A DNA stretch of 64,000 nt from Alphaproteobacteria bacterium (lineage in GTDB: Bacteria; Pseudomonadota; Alphaproteobacteria; Bin95), in assembly GCA_964291285.2 (NCBI GenBank), contig OZ219787.1, forward strand, positions 1,760,001-1,824,000, written 5' to 3'. Shown here one piece after another: positions 1 through 7,924 of the stretch; position 1 is the stretch's first letter; the number at the start of each line of letters is the position of its first letter. Made by a program: the position numbers and the translations under genes. The notes under the pieces are model-generated. The model was not told the DNA's origin, searched no databases, and saw nothing but the letters and a program-made list of their open reading frames with translations.

Positions 1-4
1 ACAT

Positions 5-922
5 ATGTCCGAGGGAGTATTGGAAGGCAAGGTTGTTCTTGTGACGGGGGCGGGCCGCGGCATCGGTCGCGAGGTAGCGGTTCTGGCGGCCAAAGAAGGC
101 GCGCATGTGGTCGTGAACGACCTCGGCGGCGATGTCGGCGGTTCGGGGGCGGATGCGACGCCGGCCCAGGAGACCGCGGTGATGATCGGGGAGGCCGGCG
201 GCGAGGCGGTCGTCAACGGCGACAGCGTTTCGGACTACGAGGCGGCGGGCCGGATGGTCGGCCAGGCGGTGGAGACCTTCGGGCGGATCGACGGGGTCGT
301 GAATGTGGCGGGCATCCTGCGCGACGTGATCTTCCACAAGATGAGCGAGGCGGACTGGGATGCGGTGATCTCGGTGCATCTGAAGGGCTCGTTCAATGTG
401 GCGCGCAATGCGGCGGACCATTTCCGGGCGCAGGAGTCCGGCGCGATGGTGCATTTCACCTCGACCTCGGGGCTGATCGGCAATTTCGGCCAGGCGAACT
501 ACGCGGCGGCGAAGATGGGGATCGTGGGGCTGTCGAAGTCGATCGCGCTCGACATGCAGCGTTTCAATGTGCGCTCCAACTGCATGTCGCCCTTCGCCTG
601 GACGCGCATGATCGGGACCATCCCGTCAAATACGCCGGAGCAGGAGGCGCGGCTCGCCAAGATCAAGCAGATGACGCCCGCGCAGATCGCGCCGATGGTG
701 GTCTATCTGCTCTCCGACTTTGCGAGCGGGGTGACGGGCCAGATCTTCGGCAGCCGCATGAACGAACAGATCCTGTTCAACCAGAACCGCCCCGTGCGGT
801 CCGTCCACCGCAGCGAGGGCTGGTCGCCGGCCGACATCCACGAACACGCGATGCCGGCGCTGAAGGCTGCGTTCACGCCCAACGAGCGCTCGGGCGACGT
901 CTTCAACTGGGACCCGATCTGA
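5..922 (+). CDS. Short-chain dehydrogenase/reductase (3-hydroxyacyl-CoA dehydrogenase-like, MFE-2 type)
   Basis: TGAGRGIG Rossmann motif, VVNDLGG, NVAGILRD, GNFGQANYAAAK (YxxxK). Confidence 0.9.
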   Translation: MSEGVLEGKVVLVTGAGRGIGREVAVLAAKEGAHVVVNDLGGDVGGSGADATPAQETAVMIGEAGGEAVVNGDSVSDYEAAGRMVGQAVETFGRIDGVVNVAGILRDVIFHKMSEADWDAVISVHLKGSFNVARNAADHFRAQESGAMVHFTSTSGLIGNFGQANYAAAKMGIVGLSKSIALDMQRFNVRSNCMSPFAWTRMIGTIPSNTPEQEARLAKIKQMTPAQIAPMVVYLLSDFASGVTGQIFGSRMNEQILFNQNRPVRSVHRSEGWSPADIHEHAMPALKAAFTPNERSGDVFNWDPI

Positions 923-1024
923 CGGAGCCTGGAGCACCGTCCTTTCGAGTTGAACCGGAGAGCCGGGAGCTTGCTTCCGGCCTCCCTCCAGCTCCGGGGC
1001 GATGGGCTGCTTCGGGCCCGGCGC

Positions 1025-1813
1025 TCAGGGGATGGCGTCGGCTCCCTGGATCATCGGGCGCCAGTCTGTCGAGCGTACATAGTCGGGGCGCGGGTTCTCG
1101 ACGTCGCGGGGCCGGTTCGCGCAGGCGTTGAAGCAGAAATAGGCGTGCCAGCGGTCCGTCGCCGAGAGGTTGTGGCCGGAGGCGTGCAGCAGGTTGCAGT
1201 GGAAGAGCGCGGCGGTGCCGGGCGGCCCCGTCACCGCAACGGGCTCGGGCAGCGCGTTCATTGCCGCCTTCATGGTTTCCGGCTTCGATGCCCAGAGGCT
1301 GTAGGCCGTCGAGCTGTCGAAATAGGGATCGACGCGCCCGCCGCGGTGGCTGCCCGGCAGGAAATAGAGGCAGCCGTTCATCTCGGTCGCCTCGTCCAGC
1401 ATGACCAGGAAGGTCGCCATGGACGGCTTCTCGATGCCGTCCAGATGCCAGGTGCCGAAGTCCTGGTGCCAGGGCCAGGCGCTGCCCTCGATGGCCGCCT
1501 TCATGTTCACCTTGCAATGGTGGATATAGACCTCGTCCGTGCCGAGCGTCTGCTGGGCCGGGCGCAGGATGCGGGGCGCATGGGCGGCGGCGTGATAGGC
1601 GGGCGAGGCCGTCGGGCCGTCCTCGGCATGGAGGCGGAACATCGTCTTCGGCACGCCGCCCGACCCCTCGCGGAAGACGCATTCGTCATCGAGCCCTGCG
1701 ACCCGCTCGGCTTCTTCGCGCAGCCGCCCGACCTCCTCGGGCGAAAACAGCGCCGGGAAAATGAGGAAACCGTCCCGCTGAAACTGTTCGACCTGCCGTT
1801 CCGTCAGCTCCAT
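1025..1813 (-). CDS. Phytanoyl-CoA dioxygenase (PhyH) family Fe(II)/2OG dioxygenase, ectoine/proline hydroxylase-like
   Basis: WPWHQDFGTWH (HxD), NGCLYFLPGSH, LLHASGHNLS...R. Confidence 0.85.
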   Translation of the reverse strand: MELTERQVEQFQRDGFLIFPALFSPEEVGRLREEAERVAGLDDECVFREGSGGVPKTMFRLHAEDGPTASPAYHAAAHAPRILRPAQQTLGTDEVYIHHCKVNMKAAIEGSAWPWHQDFGTWHLDGIEKPSMATFLVMLDEATEMNGCLYFLPGSHRGGRVDPYFDSSTAYSLWASKPETMKAAMNALPEPVAVTGPPGTAALFHCNLLHASGHNLSATDRWHAYFCFNACANRPRDVENPRPDYVRSTDWRPMIQGADAIP

Positions 1814-1841
1814 GGCGCCTCTCCCTCACCTCGCAACCGGG

Positions 1842-3008
1842 TTATATCCCGATATCCTCCAGATTGTAGTCGCGGATATCCTCCTTCGCCGCCGGCGTCC
1901 AGCGGCGGCGTTCGGCCTCGCCGGCGAGAGGTTCATAACGATAGGGTTCCTCGTCGGGCCAGCGCTGGCGGCGGGCGTCGATGGCGTAGAGGATGAGCCG
2001 CGCGCGGCGCCGGATATAGTCCGCGTCGTAAACCGAGACCGGGTTGTGGACGCCGCCACTGCGCACGCCCAGCACGGAGCGCCGCCGGTGGAAGCCCATG
2101 TTCAGGGTCACGCGCGGCCTCGAGCCGGTATTGGCGAAGGAGCCGTGGAGCGCCTGCCGGTTCACGATCGCCACGTCGCCGGGAGCGCAGATCAGCGGCA
2201 CGGCCTTCGGCAGCCGGTCCGAGCCCGCGGCCGCCACCATCGCCCTGATGTCCACCCGGCCGCCGTTGTGCGAGCCCGGCACCACCCATAGGCCGTTCAC
2301 GGCGTCGCAACCGTAGAGCTGCGCCATGAGGTTGAAGCCGTGGCTGCCTTCGTCCAGTTCCGGACTGTCCCAATGGGTCCAGCCGTCCTGGTGCCAGGCG
2401 ACGGAGCCGCCGAGGCGCGGATGCTTGATCCAGACGGCCTCGTTGAAGGGCGTGAAGTCCGGCCCGTTCACCGCCTCCGCCACCCGCAGCAGGCCGGGGT
2501 GTCCGTAGAGGCGCAGGCAGGCGTCCGAATATTGCAGCGAGCCGTGGATGAGCTGCAGCACATGCGAGGGCGCATCCTCCGGCGCCTCCGGCTCCAGCAT
2601 CTTGGCGGGATGCCGGCCGTGGGCATAGTCCGTGCCGCCCACCGGGTCGGACAGCGGCTTGACCCAGCCGAGGCCGCGCCCCTTCCTGCCGTGGTCGAAA
2701 GCGGGCCGGCCGTGCCTGTCGGTTTCCGCGCCCGGAGAAACAGGCGCGCGGTCCAGCAGGTCGACAAGGTCGCGTTCGATCTCGGCCAGTTCCTCCGGTC
2801 CGAGTACGCCCTCGAAGACGTAGAAGCCGTGCCGCCAGTACGAGTCGAGGATCGCCGGGTCGAGTGAGCCGTCCGGGCCGAAGCGGAGTGGCCCCCGGTT
2901 GTCGAGGGCGAGCGCCCGCGCCGTGCCGGCCTCGCGGTAACGAAACATGTCCGCTTCGGCCTCGCCGTAATCGACGGGCGGGGCTTCGTAGAGGGCGAGG
3001 GCGGTCAT
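1842..3008 (-). CDS. PhyH family Fe(II)/2OG dioxygenase (long form)
   Basis: VAWHQDG, NGLWVVPGSH, LHGSFAN...R; start placed at MTALALY (ATG 3008), next to the TauD-family stop. Confidence 0.85.
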   Translation of the reverse strand: MTALALYEAPPVDYGEAEADMFRYREAGTARALALDNRGPLRFGPDGSLDPAILDSYWRHGFYVFEGVLGPEELAEIERDLVDLLDRAPVSPGAETDRHGRPAFDHGRKGRGLGWVKPLSDPVGGTDYAHGRHPAKMLEPEAPEDAPSHVLQLIHGSLQYSDACLRLYGHPGLLRVAEAVNGPDFTPFNEAVWIKHPRLGGSVAWHQDGWTHWDSPELDEGSHGFNLMAQLYGCDAVNGLWVVPGSHNGGRVDIRAMVAAAGSDRLPKAVPLICAPGDVAIVNRQALHGSFANTGSRPRVTLNMGFHRRRSVLGVRSGGVHNPVSVYDADYIRRRARLILYAIDARRQRWPDEEPYRYEPLAGEAERRRWTPAAKEDIRDYNLEDIGI

Positions 3009-3009
3009 T

Positions 3010-3906
3010 TCAGCGGTTCGCCGCCGCCGGCTCGAAGCTGTCGGCGCGCTCGTCCCGCCCGGTCTCGGCCAGCTCGCTTGCCGGGTCGCCCGCAACCCGC
3101 ACATGGCGCAGCACGCGGGGCTCGCTGTAGTCGTAAGGCATGGCCCGGTGCAGCACGCAGCGATTGTCCCAGATCATCAGGTCGCCGGGCTCCCAGGAAT
3201 GCGAATAGACGCGCGGCGCCCGGCAGGCATGGTCCAGCAACTCGTCGAGCAGCGCCTGGGCGTCCCCGTCCGCCATGCCGGGAATGCGGAAGGCGTGGCG
3301 GCCGATGAACAGCGACTTCCGCCCGGTCACCGGATGGGTCTTGACCAGTGGTCTGAGCGGCGCGCCCCTGGTGTGATAGCCGTAGCCTTCCCCGGTCTTG
3401 AACTCGAAGCCCGCCTTCGCCTGCGAGGCGTAAAGCGAGTGGTAGGCGGAGAGGCTGGCGATGCGCTCCTTCACCTTGTCGTCCAGCGTGTCGTAGGCGT
3501 CGCGCATGTCGGCCAGCTCGGTCTCGCCGCCCTTCGAGGGCGTTATTTCCGCGGCGAGCGCGGAGGCCTTGGCGGCCAGCGGCATGTAGGAGCTGTCCGT
3601 GTGCCAGCCTTCATTGCCGCGCAGCGTCTGGTAGCGCTTCTCCTCCGGCTTCATGATTTCGCCGTCGGCCCGTTTGTTGGAGACGCGCACCGCCTTGGCA
3701 TCGCCCCGGAGATATTCGATGTCCCCGAACCGCTCGCCGAAGGCGATGTGCTCCTCGTCGGTCAGATGCTGCGCCGGGAAGACGAGCGCGCCGTATTCGT
3801 GGAACGCGTCCTCGACCTCGCGCCATTCGCCGTCGCTCATGTCGCCGAGCGCAACGCCGGTGATCCGCGCGCCCAGGGTGCAGTCGAGAGGGGCGATATC
3901 GACCAT
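3010..3906 (-). CDS. TauD/TfdA family Fe(II)/2OG dioxygenase
   Basis: LGARITGV, GWHTDSSY, GGETELADM, HPVTGRKSLF, WDNRCVLHRA; RBS GAGAGG before ATG 3906. Confidence 0.9.
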   Translation of the reverse strand: MVDIAPLDCTLGARITGVALGDMSDGEWREVEDAFHEYGALVFPAQHLTDEEHIAFGERFGDIEYLRGDAKAVRVSNKRADGEIMKPEEKRYQTLRGNEGWHTDSSYMPLAAKASALAAEITPSKGGETELADMRDAYDTLDDKVKERIASLSAYHSLYASQAKAGFEFKTGEGYGYHTRGAPLRPLVKTHPVTGRKSLFIGRHAFRIPGMADGDAQALLDELLDHACRAPRVYSHSWEPGDLMIWDNRCVLHRAMPYDYSEPRVLRHVRVAGDPASELAETGRDERADSFEPAAANR

Positions 3907-4021
3907 GAAACCTCTCCTCGCCGGTCTTCCCGGATATTGCGACGGCGCCGGTCCCGCTGCAAGGGTGCGCGCCAACGCCCGCCATGCCAGAATAGAGGCG
4001 GCGCCGATCTCGGGGAGGGGG

Positions 4022-4756
4022 ATGACCGCGAAATTCGACTATTCGGGCAGGCTCGTGCTGGTGACGGGCGGGTCGAGCGGCATCGGCCGGGCCATTGCCG
4101 TCGGGTTCCGCGACGCCGGCGCGGCGGTCACCGTGCTCGGCACGCGGGGCGGACCGGAGGACTATCCCGACGAGCTCGCGGGCATGACCTACCGCCGGCT
4201 CGACATGACCGACAATGACGGCATCCTTGCGCTGGCGGCGGACATGCCGGCGCTCGATGTGCTGGTCAACTCGGCAGGCACCACCGTGCGCGGCCCCGCG
4301 GCCTTCGAGCCGGACAATTTCGAATACACGGTGCAGGTGAACCTGAACGGCGCCTATCGCATGTCGCACGCCTTCCGGGAGCAGCTGAAGGCGTCCGGCG
4401 GCTCGATCGTCAACATCGCCTCGATGACGAGCTATTTCTCCTCGCCGCGCGGGCCGGGTTACGGCGCCTCCAAGGCCGGCATCCTCCAGCTGACGCAGTC
4501 GCTCGCCTCCGCCTGGGCGCCGGACGGCATCCGCGTCAACGGCATCGCGCCCGGCTGGATCGCGACCAAGCTCACCGCCCCGGTGCAGGCCAACGAGCCG
4601 GTCAACCGGAAAATCATGGAACGCACGCCGATGGGCCGCTGGGGGCAGCCGGAGGAAATGGCCGGGACGGCGCTCTTCCTGGCCTCCGACGCCGCCGGCT
4701 TCGTCACCGGCGTCACGGTCCCGGTGGACGGCGGCTGGTCCGCCGAGGGCGTCTGA
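4022..4756 (+). CDS. SDR family oxidoreductase
   Basis: TGGSSGIG, LVNSAG, YGASK, IRVNGIAPG, TPMGRWG, VDGG; GGGAGG RBS. Confidence 0.9.
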   Translation: MTAKFDYSGRLVLVTGGSSGIGRAIAVGFRDAGAAVTVLGTRGGPEDYPDELAGMTYRRLDMTDNDGILALAADMPALDVLVNSAGTTVRGPAAFEPDNFEYTVQVNLNGAYRMSHAFREQLKASGGSIVNIASMTSYFSSPRGPGYGASKAGILQLTQSLASAWAPDGIRVNGIAPGWIATKLTAPVQANEPVNRKIMERTPMGRWGQPEEMAGTALFLASDAAGFVTGVTVPVDGGWSAEGV

Positions 4757-4771
4757 ACGGCTGGCCGCCGG

Positions 4772-5043
4772 AGCCGGTCGCCGCGACAAGCGGATTCGGA
4801 AGATATCGCCAGGTCCTAAGCCCCGGAGAAGTCAACAGCTTCCACAGTCAGGGCGACTTTAGGGAACGTTCGTATATTGGCCCCTGTTTTATTGAAACGA
4901 CATCATAAAGTCGATTTCTTACACGTACATTTTACACATGATGTTCTACAATTGAGCAGAATCGGTCTGCCGGCTCGAGGAAACGGAATGCTGCGGGCCG
5001 GCAGCCGGTCGCCGCGACAACCGGATTGAGGGAGATATCGCCA
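4772..5043 (+). repeat. Imperfect ~40-bp direct repeat (4772-4811 and 5003-5043) flanking an AT-rich spacer
   Basis: AGCCGGTCGCCGCGACAAgCGGATTcggaAGATATCGCCA versus AGCCGGTCGCCGCGACAAcCGGATTgagggAGATATCGCCA; copy 2 supplies the RBS and start of the 5043 ORF. Confidence 0.85.
4860..4960 (+). promoter_or_regulatory. AT-rich putative promoter/operator region
   Basis: TATATT at 4873 and TACAAT at 4947, each just after GTTC; inverted repeat ACATCAT (4900-4906)/ATGATGT (4938-4944); TTACAC twice. Confidence 0.45.
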
Positions 5044-5426
5044 TGACGAAACGCGAAAACAGCGCAGTCGGGAGAATGCCCGTGAGGAAAACGGCGGCCG
5101 GCCTGTCGGCCGCATTGGCCCTTCTGGTCCTGGGCGCCGGCCCGTCGCTTGCGGCGGACTATCCCTGCTTCGACGATCCGCCGGCCTGCATGTCGTCCAC
5201 CATATCCAATGGCGGCCACCTGATCACGGTCACGAACAACTCTTGCCAGGGCGATGTGCATGTGACGGCCCATGTCGGGGAGAACAGGACCCCGCATCCC
5301 CCGTCCAGTTCCCTGTCTCTGGGCGAGTCCAGCAGCTGGAATTCGCCTTCATGGTGGAACCCCTATGTCGGCTTCGGGTGTTGCAAGAAATTCGTGATCG
5401 GCCAAGGATATACCTGTATCAGGTAA
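5043..5426 (+). CDS. Small secreted cysteine-rich protein (6 Cys) of unknown function, tendamistat-like Cys spacing
   Basis: GGGAG RBS; basic then hydrophobic signal peptide ending PSLA-A; mature part PPAC...NNSC..VHVTAHV...CC...C. Confidence 0.7.
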   Translation: MTKRENSAVGRMPVRKTAAGLSAALALLVLGAGPSLAADYPCFDDPPACMSSTISNGGHLITVTNNSCQGDVHVTAHVGENRTPHPPSSSLSLGESSSWNSPSWWNPYVGFGCCKKFVIGQGYTCIR

Positions 5427-5471
5427 TGCCCCGGCCCGCCGGGAGCCGTTCTCAACCGAAGGAATGCCTGC

Positions 5472-6740
5472 ATGACGCTGTCCAGCGTAAGCGATGTCGA
5501 CGCCTCGTCGCCGAAACATCTCCGGGGGCGCTACGCCATCGCCGGGGTGGGAGAGACCGACTATATGCGCGGCTCGGAATACTCGACCCGCTCGCTCGCC
5601 ACCTGGGCGGTCAGGAACGCGATGGAGGATGCGGGCCTCGCGCCGGGCGATATCGACGGCATGCTGAGCTATTCCGGCAACGACTCGGTCTTTTCGCCCT
5701 TCGTGGCCGGCGACCTCGGCATCCGGCTGAACTTCTACATGGACGTGCATGGCGGCGGGTCCTCGACCGAAGCGCTGATCGGCATCGCCATCGGCGTGAT
5801 CGAGGCCGGCATGTGCAAGACGGTGGCGGTCTTCCGGTCGATGAACGGCTACAGCCAGGTGCGCATCGGCGGCACCGGCGCGCGCTCGGCCGTTCCGATC
5901 AACGGCGACCAGATCCACCACCGCGCCTATGGCTGGCAGAGCGCCGGGCAGATGTTCGCCCCGACCTTCCTGCGCCACATGTACGACTACGGCACCACGC
6001 CGGAGCAGGTGGCGGCGGTCAAGGTCGCCCACTCCAAGCACGCCTCCAACAACCCGAAGGCCTATTACAAGCGCCGCTTCACCGTCGAGGACGTGGTCAG
6101 CAGCCGCATCATCTGCAAGCCGCTGCACCTGCTGGACTGCTGCGTCGAGACCGACAACGCCACCTGCATCATCGTCACGAGGCTTGACCGGGCGCGAGAC
6201 TGCCGCCAGCCGCCGGCAGTCATCCAGTCCGTGGTCGGCCGCTGCTGCAAGCCGCGCATCGACATGCACTACCAGCACGGGCCGATCTCGACCGTCGCCG
6301 GCCACTACGCCAAGGACATCTTGTTTCCGAATGCGGGCGTCTCCCCGGAAGACATCGACCTGACCGGCTCCTACGACGCCTTCACCTTCACCACCATGCT
6401 GCAGCTCGAAGACTACGGCTTCTGCAAGAAGGGCGAGGGCGGCGACTATGTGTCCTCGGGGATCATCGAGCTCGGCGGCAAGCGGCCGAACAACACCTCC
6501 GGCGGCCATCTCTGCGAGGGCTACACCCACGGCATGAACATGGTGATCGAGAACACCCGCCAGTTGCGCGGCGACGCGGACGACAGCTGCCCCATCGGGC
6601 CGGACGGCAAGCGCCAGCACACTCACGACTACAGCGAAGGCGGCTGCCGGCAGGTGAAGGACGTGGAGCTGACTGCCAATCTCGGCTGGGCCATGCCGGG
6701 CACCGGCTCCGCCATGATCATGTCCAAAGACGCGCGCTGA
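5472..6740 (+). CDS. Thiolase-fold protein, SCP-x/Ltp2 type (probable acyl-CoA aldolase)
   Basis: AIAGVGET, DCCVETDNA, YDAFT, NTSGGHLCEGYTHG; no Cys at the nucleophile loop (GGGSSTEA). Confidence 0.8.
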   Translation: MTLSSVSDVDASSPKHLRGRYAIAGVGETDYMRGSEYSTRSLATWAVRNAMEDAGLAPGDIDGMLSYSGNDSVFSPFVAGDLGIRLNFYMDVHGGGSSTEALIGIAIGVIEAGMCKTVAVFRSMNGYSQVRIGGTGARSAVPINGDQIHHRAYGWQSAGQMFAPTFLRHMYDYGTTPEQVAAVKVAHSKHASNNPKAYYKRRFTVEDVVSSRIICKPLHLLDCCVETDNATCIIVTRLDRARDCRQPPAVIQSVVGRCCKPRIDMHYQHGPISTVAGHYAKDILFPNAGVSPEDIDLTGSYDAFTFTTMLQLEDYGFCKKGEGGDYVSSGIIELGGKRPNNTSGGHLCEGYTHGMNMVIENTRQLRGDADDSCPIGPDGKRQHTHDYSEGGCRQVKDVELTANLGWAMPGTGSAMIMSKDAR

Positions 6741-6755
6741 GGGGGAGACGGGACG

Positions 6756-7277
6756 ATGCCGCTTCAAGGCGAATATATGGGCATGATGCTCACCGTGGAC
6801 GATGTGGACCGCGAAAACCGGGAGTTCTTCGCCTGGTGCGGCAAGGGCGAGTTCCGCCTGCAGCGGAGCCTGGAGAGCGGGCTGCTGCGCTACCCGCCGA
6901 CCACCGCGTGCCCCTGGAGCACCGACCGCGACTATGAGTGGGTCCCGGTCGAGGGCAGGGGCGCGGTGCATTCCTATGTGGAAGTGCACCACCCGATCCA
7001 GCCGGCCTTCCGCGACAAGGTCCCTTACATGATCCTGCTGGTCGATCTCGACACGCAGAAGGGCGAGCCCTCGGAGCATGAAGCGCTCAGGGTCGCGGGC
7101 AACCTCGTCACCGCGGACGGCGAATTCGCGCCGCCGGAGACGATCCGGTCGGTCGGTATCGGCACGCGGGTGCGCATGGTGTTCTCGAAGGTCGCGGACG
7201 GCTTCTCGCTGCCGCAATGGACCATCGACGAGGAGGCCGACCAGCCGGAAGCGCCCTGGCGCTACCCGCAGGAATAG
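6756..7277 (+). CDS. DUF35/ChsH2-like OB-fold acyl-CoA-binding protein
   Basis: FFAW...FRLQR...RYPP..CP, GRGAVHSY, PYMILLVDL, IGTRVRMVF; directly after the thiolase. Confidence 0.85.
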   Translation: MPLQGEYMGMMLTVDDVDRENREFFAWCGKGEFRLQRSLESGLLRYPPTTACPWSTDRDYEWVPVEGRGAVHSYVEVHHPIQPAFRDKVPYMILLVDLDTQKGEPSEHEALRVAGNLVTADGEFAPPETIRSVGIGTRVRMVFSKVADGFSLPQWTIDEEADQPEAPWRYPQE

Positions 7278-7311
7278 GCCGCTCCCTGCCGCCCCGGCCG
7301 CCGAATCCCTA

Positions 7312-7390
7312 ATCCTGAGTAGCGACCACGCCGGCGGGCACGTATCGAAGGGCCACCCCTCGATACGCGGCTGGCGCTGCTACTCGGGAT
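7312..7390. repeat. REP-like long palindromic element
   Basis: ATCCTGAGTAGC...GCTACTCGGGAT outer arms and CGTATCGAAGGG...CCCCTCGATACG inner arms; left half recurs at 59306-59347. Confidence 0.8.
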
Positions 7391-7522
7391 GAAGGACGCC
7401 GGGGCGCCGCCAAGGGACGGTCGCGCCTGCACCCAGGGCCGTTCGACTTAAATCCATAAAAATCCCGAATTTCCCTTCTTATCTCGTCTAAAATCCCCAA
7501 TCCGGCGTTGAAGGGACCGCTA

Positions 7523-7860
7523 ATGCCCGAAAAACCGGCCGCCAGGTCGTTGGACCGGATGCCCGAAGCCTTCGTGTCCGACAGGACGATCACGCGAGAG
7601 GTCTCGCGCGCCGTCAAGGCCGGCAAGCTGCGCATCGTCATTCCCACCGCTTACCGCGCCAACTATCTCTCGGCGTTGAGGGCGTTGTCCGGGACCGGTC
7701 GGCCGGAGCCGCTGATCCGCATGCTCGATTATGCGCAGAAATGGATGGCAGCCGTCGATTGGCGCTCGGTGGAGGCGGCGCGGCGCGAACTCGACGACTG
7801 CAACGCTTTTCTCGACCCCGCTATGGCCGAGGAGGAAGGCCGGCGGCTCCGAATGCCCGG
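7523..7860 (+). pseudogene. Internally deleted Fic-family gene remnant
   Basis: N-terminal MPEAFVSD..SRAVKAGKLR joined directly to the C-terminal IVIPTAYRANYLSALRALS..PLIRMLDYAQKW; no HPFxxGNGR motif; no stop at the expected end (family recognition from memory). Confidence 0.6.
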
Positions 7861-7924
7861 GGCGGGCCGGCGGGATGACGGGAACGGAGCCCTGACCTGC
7901 CGCGCCTGCCGGCCGGCAACCGGC

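Noticed and set aside
1025-1813. Ectoine hydroxylase ectD
   Set aside because: The signature deviates (WHQDFGTWH) and no ectABC is nearby
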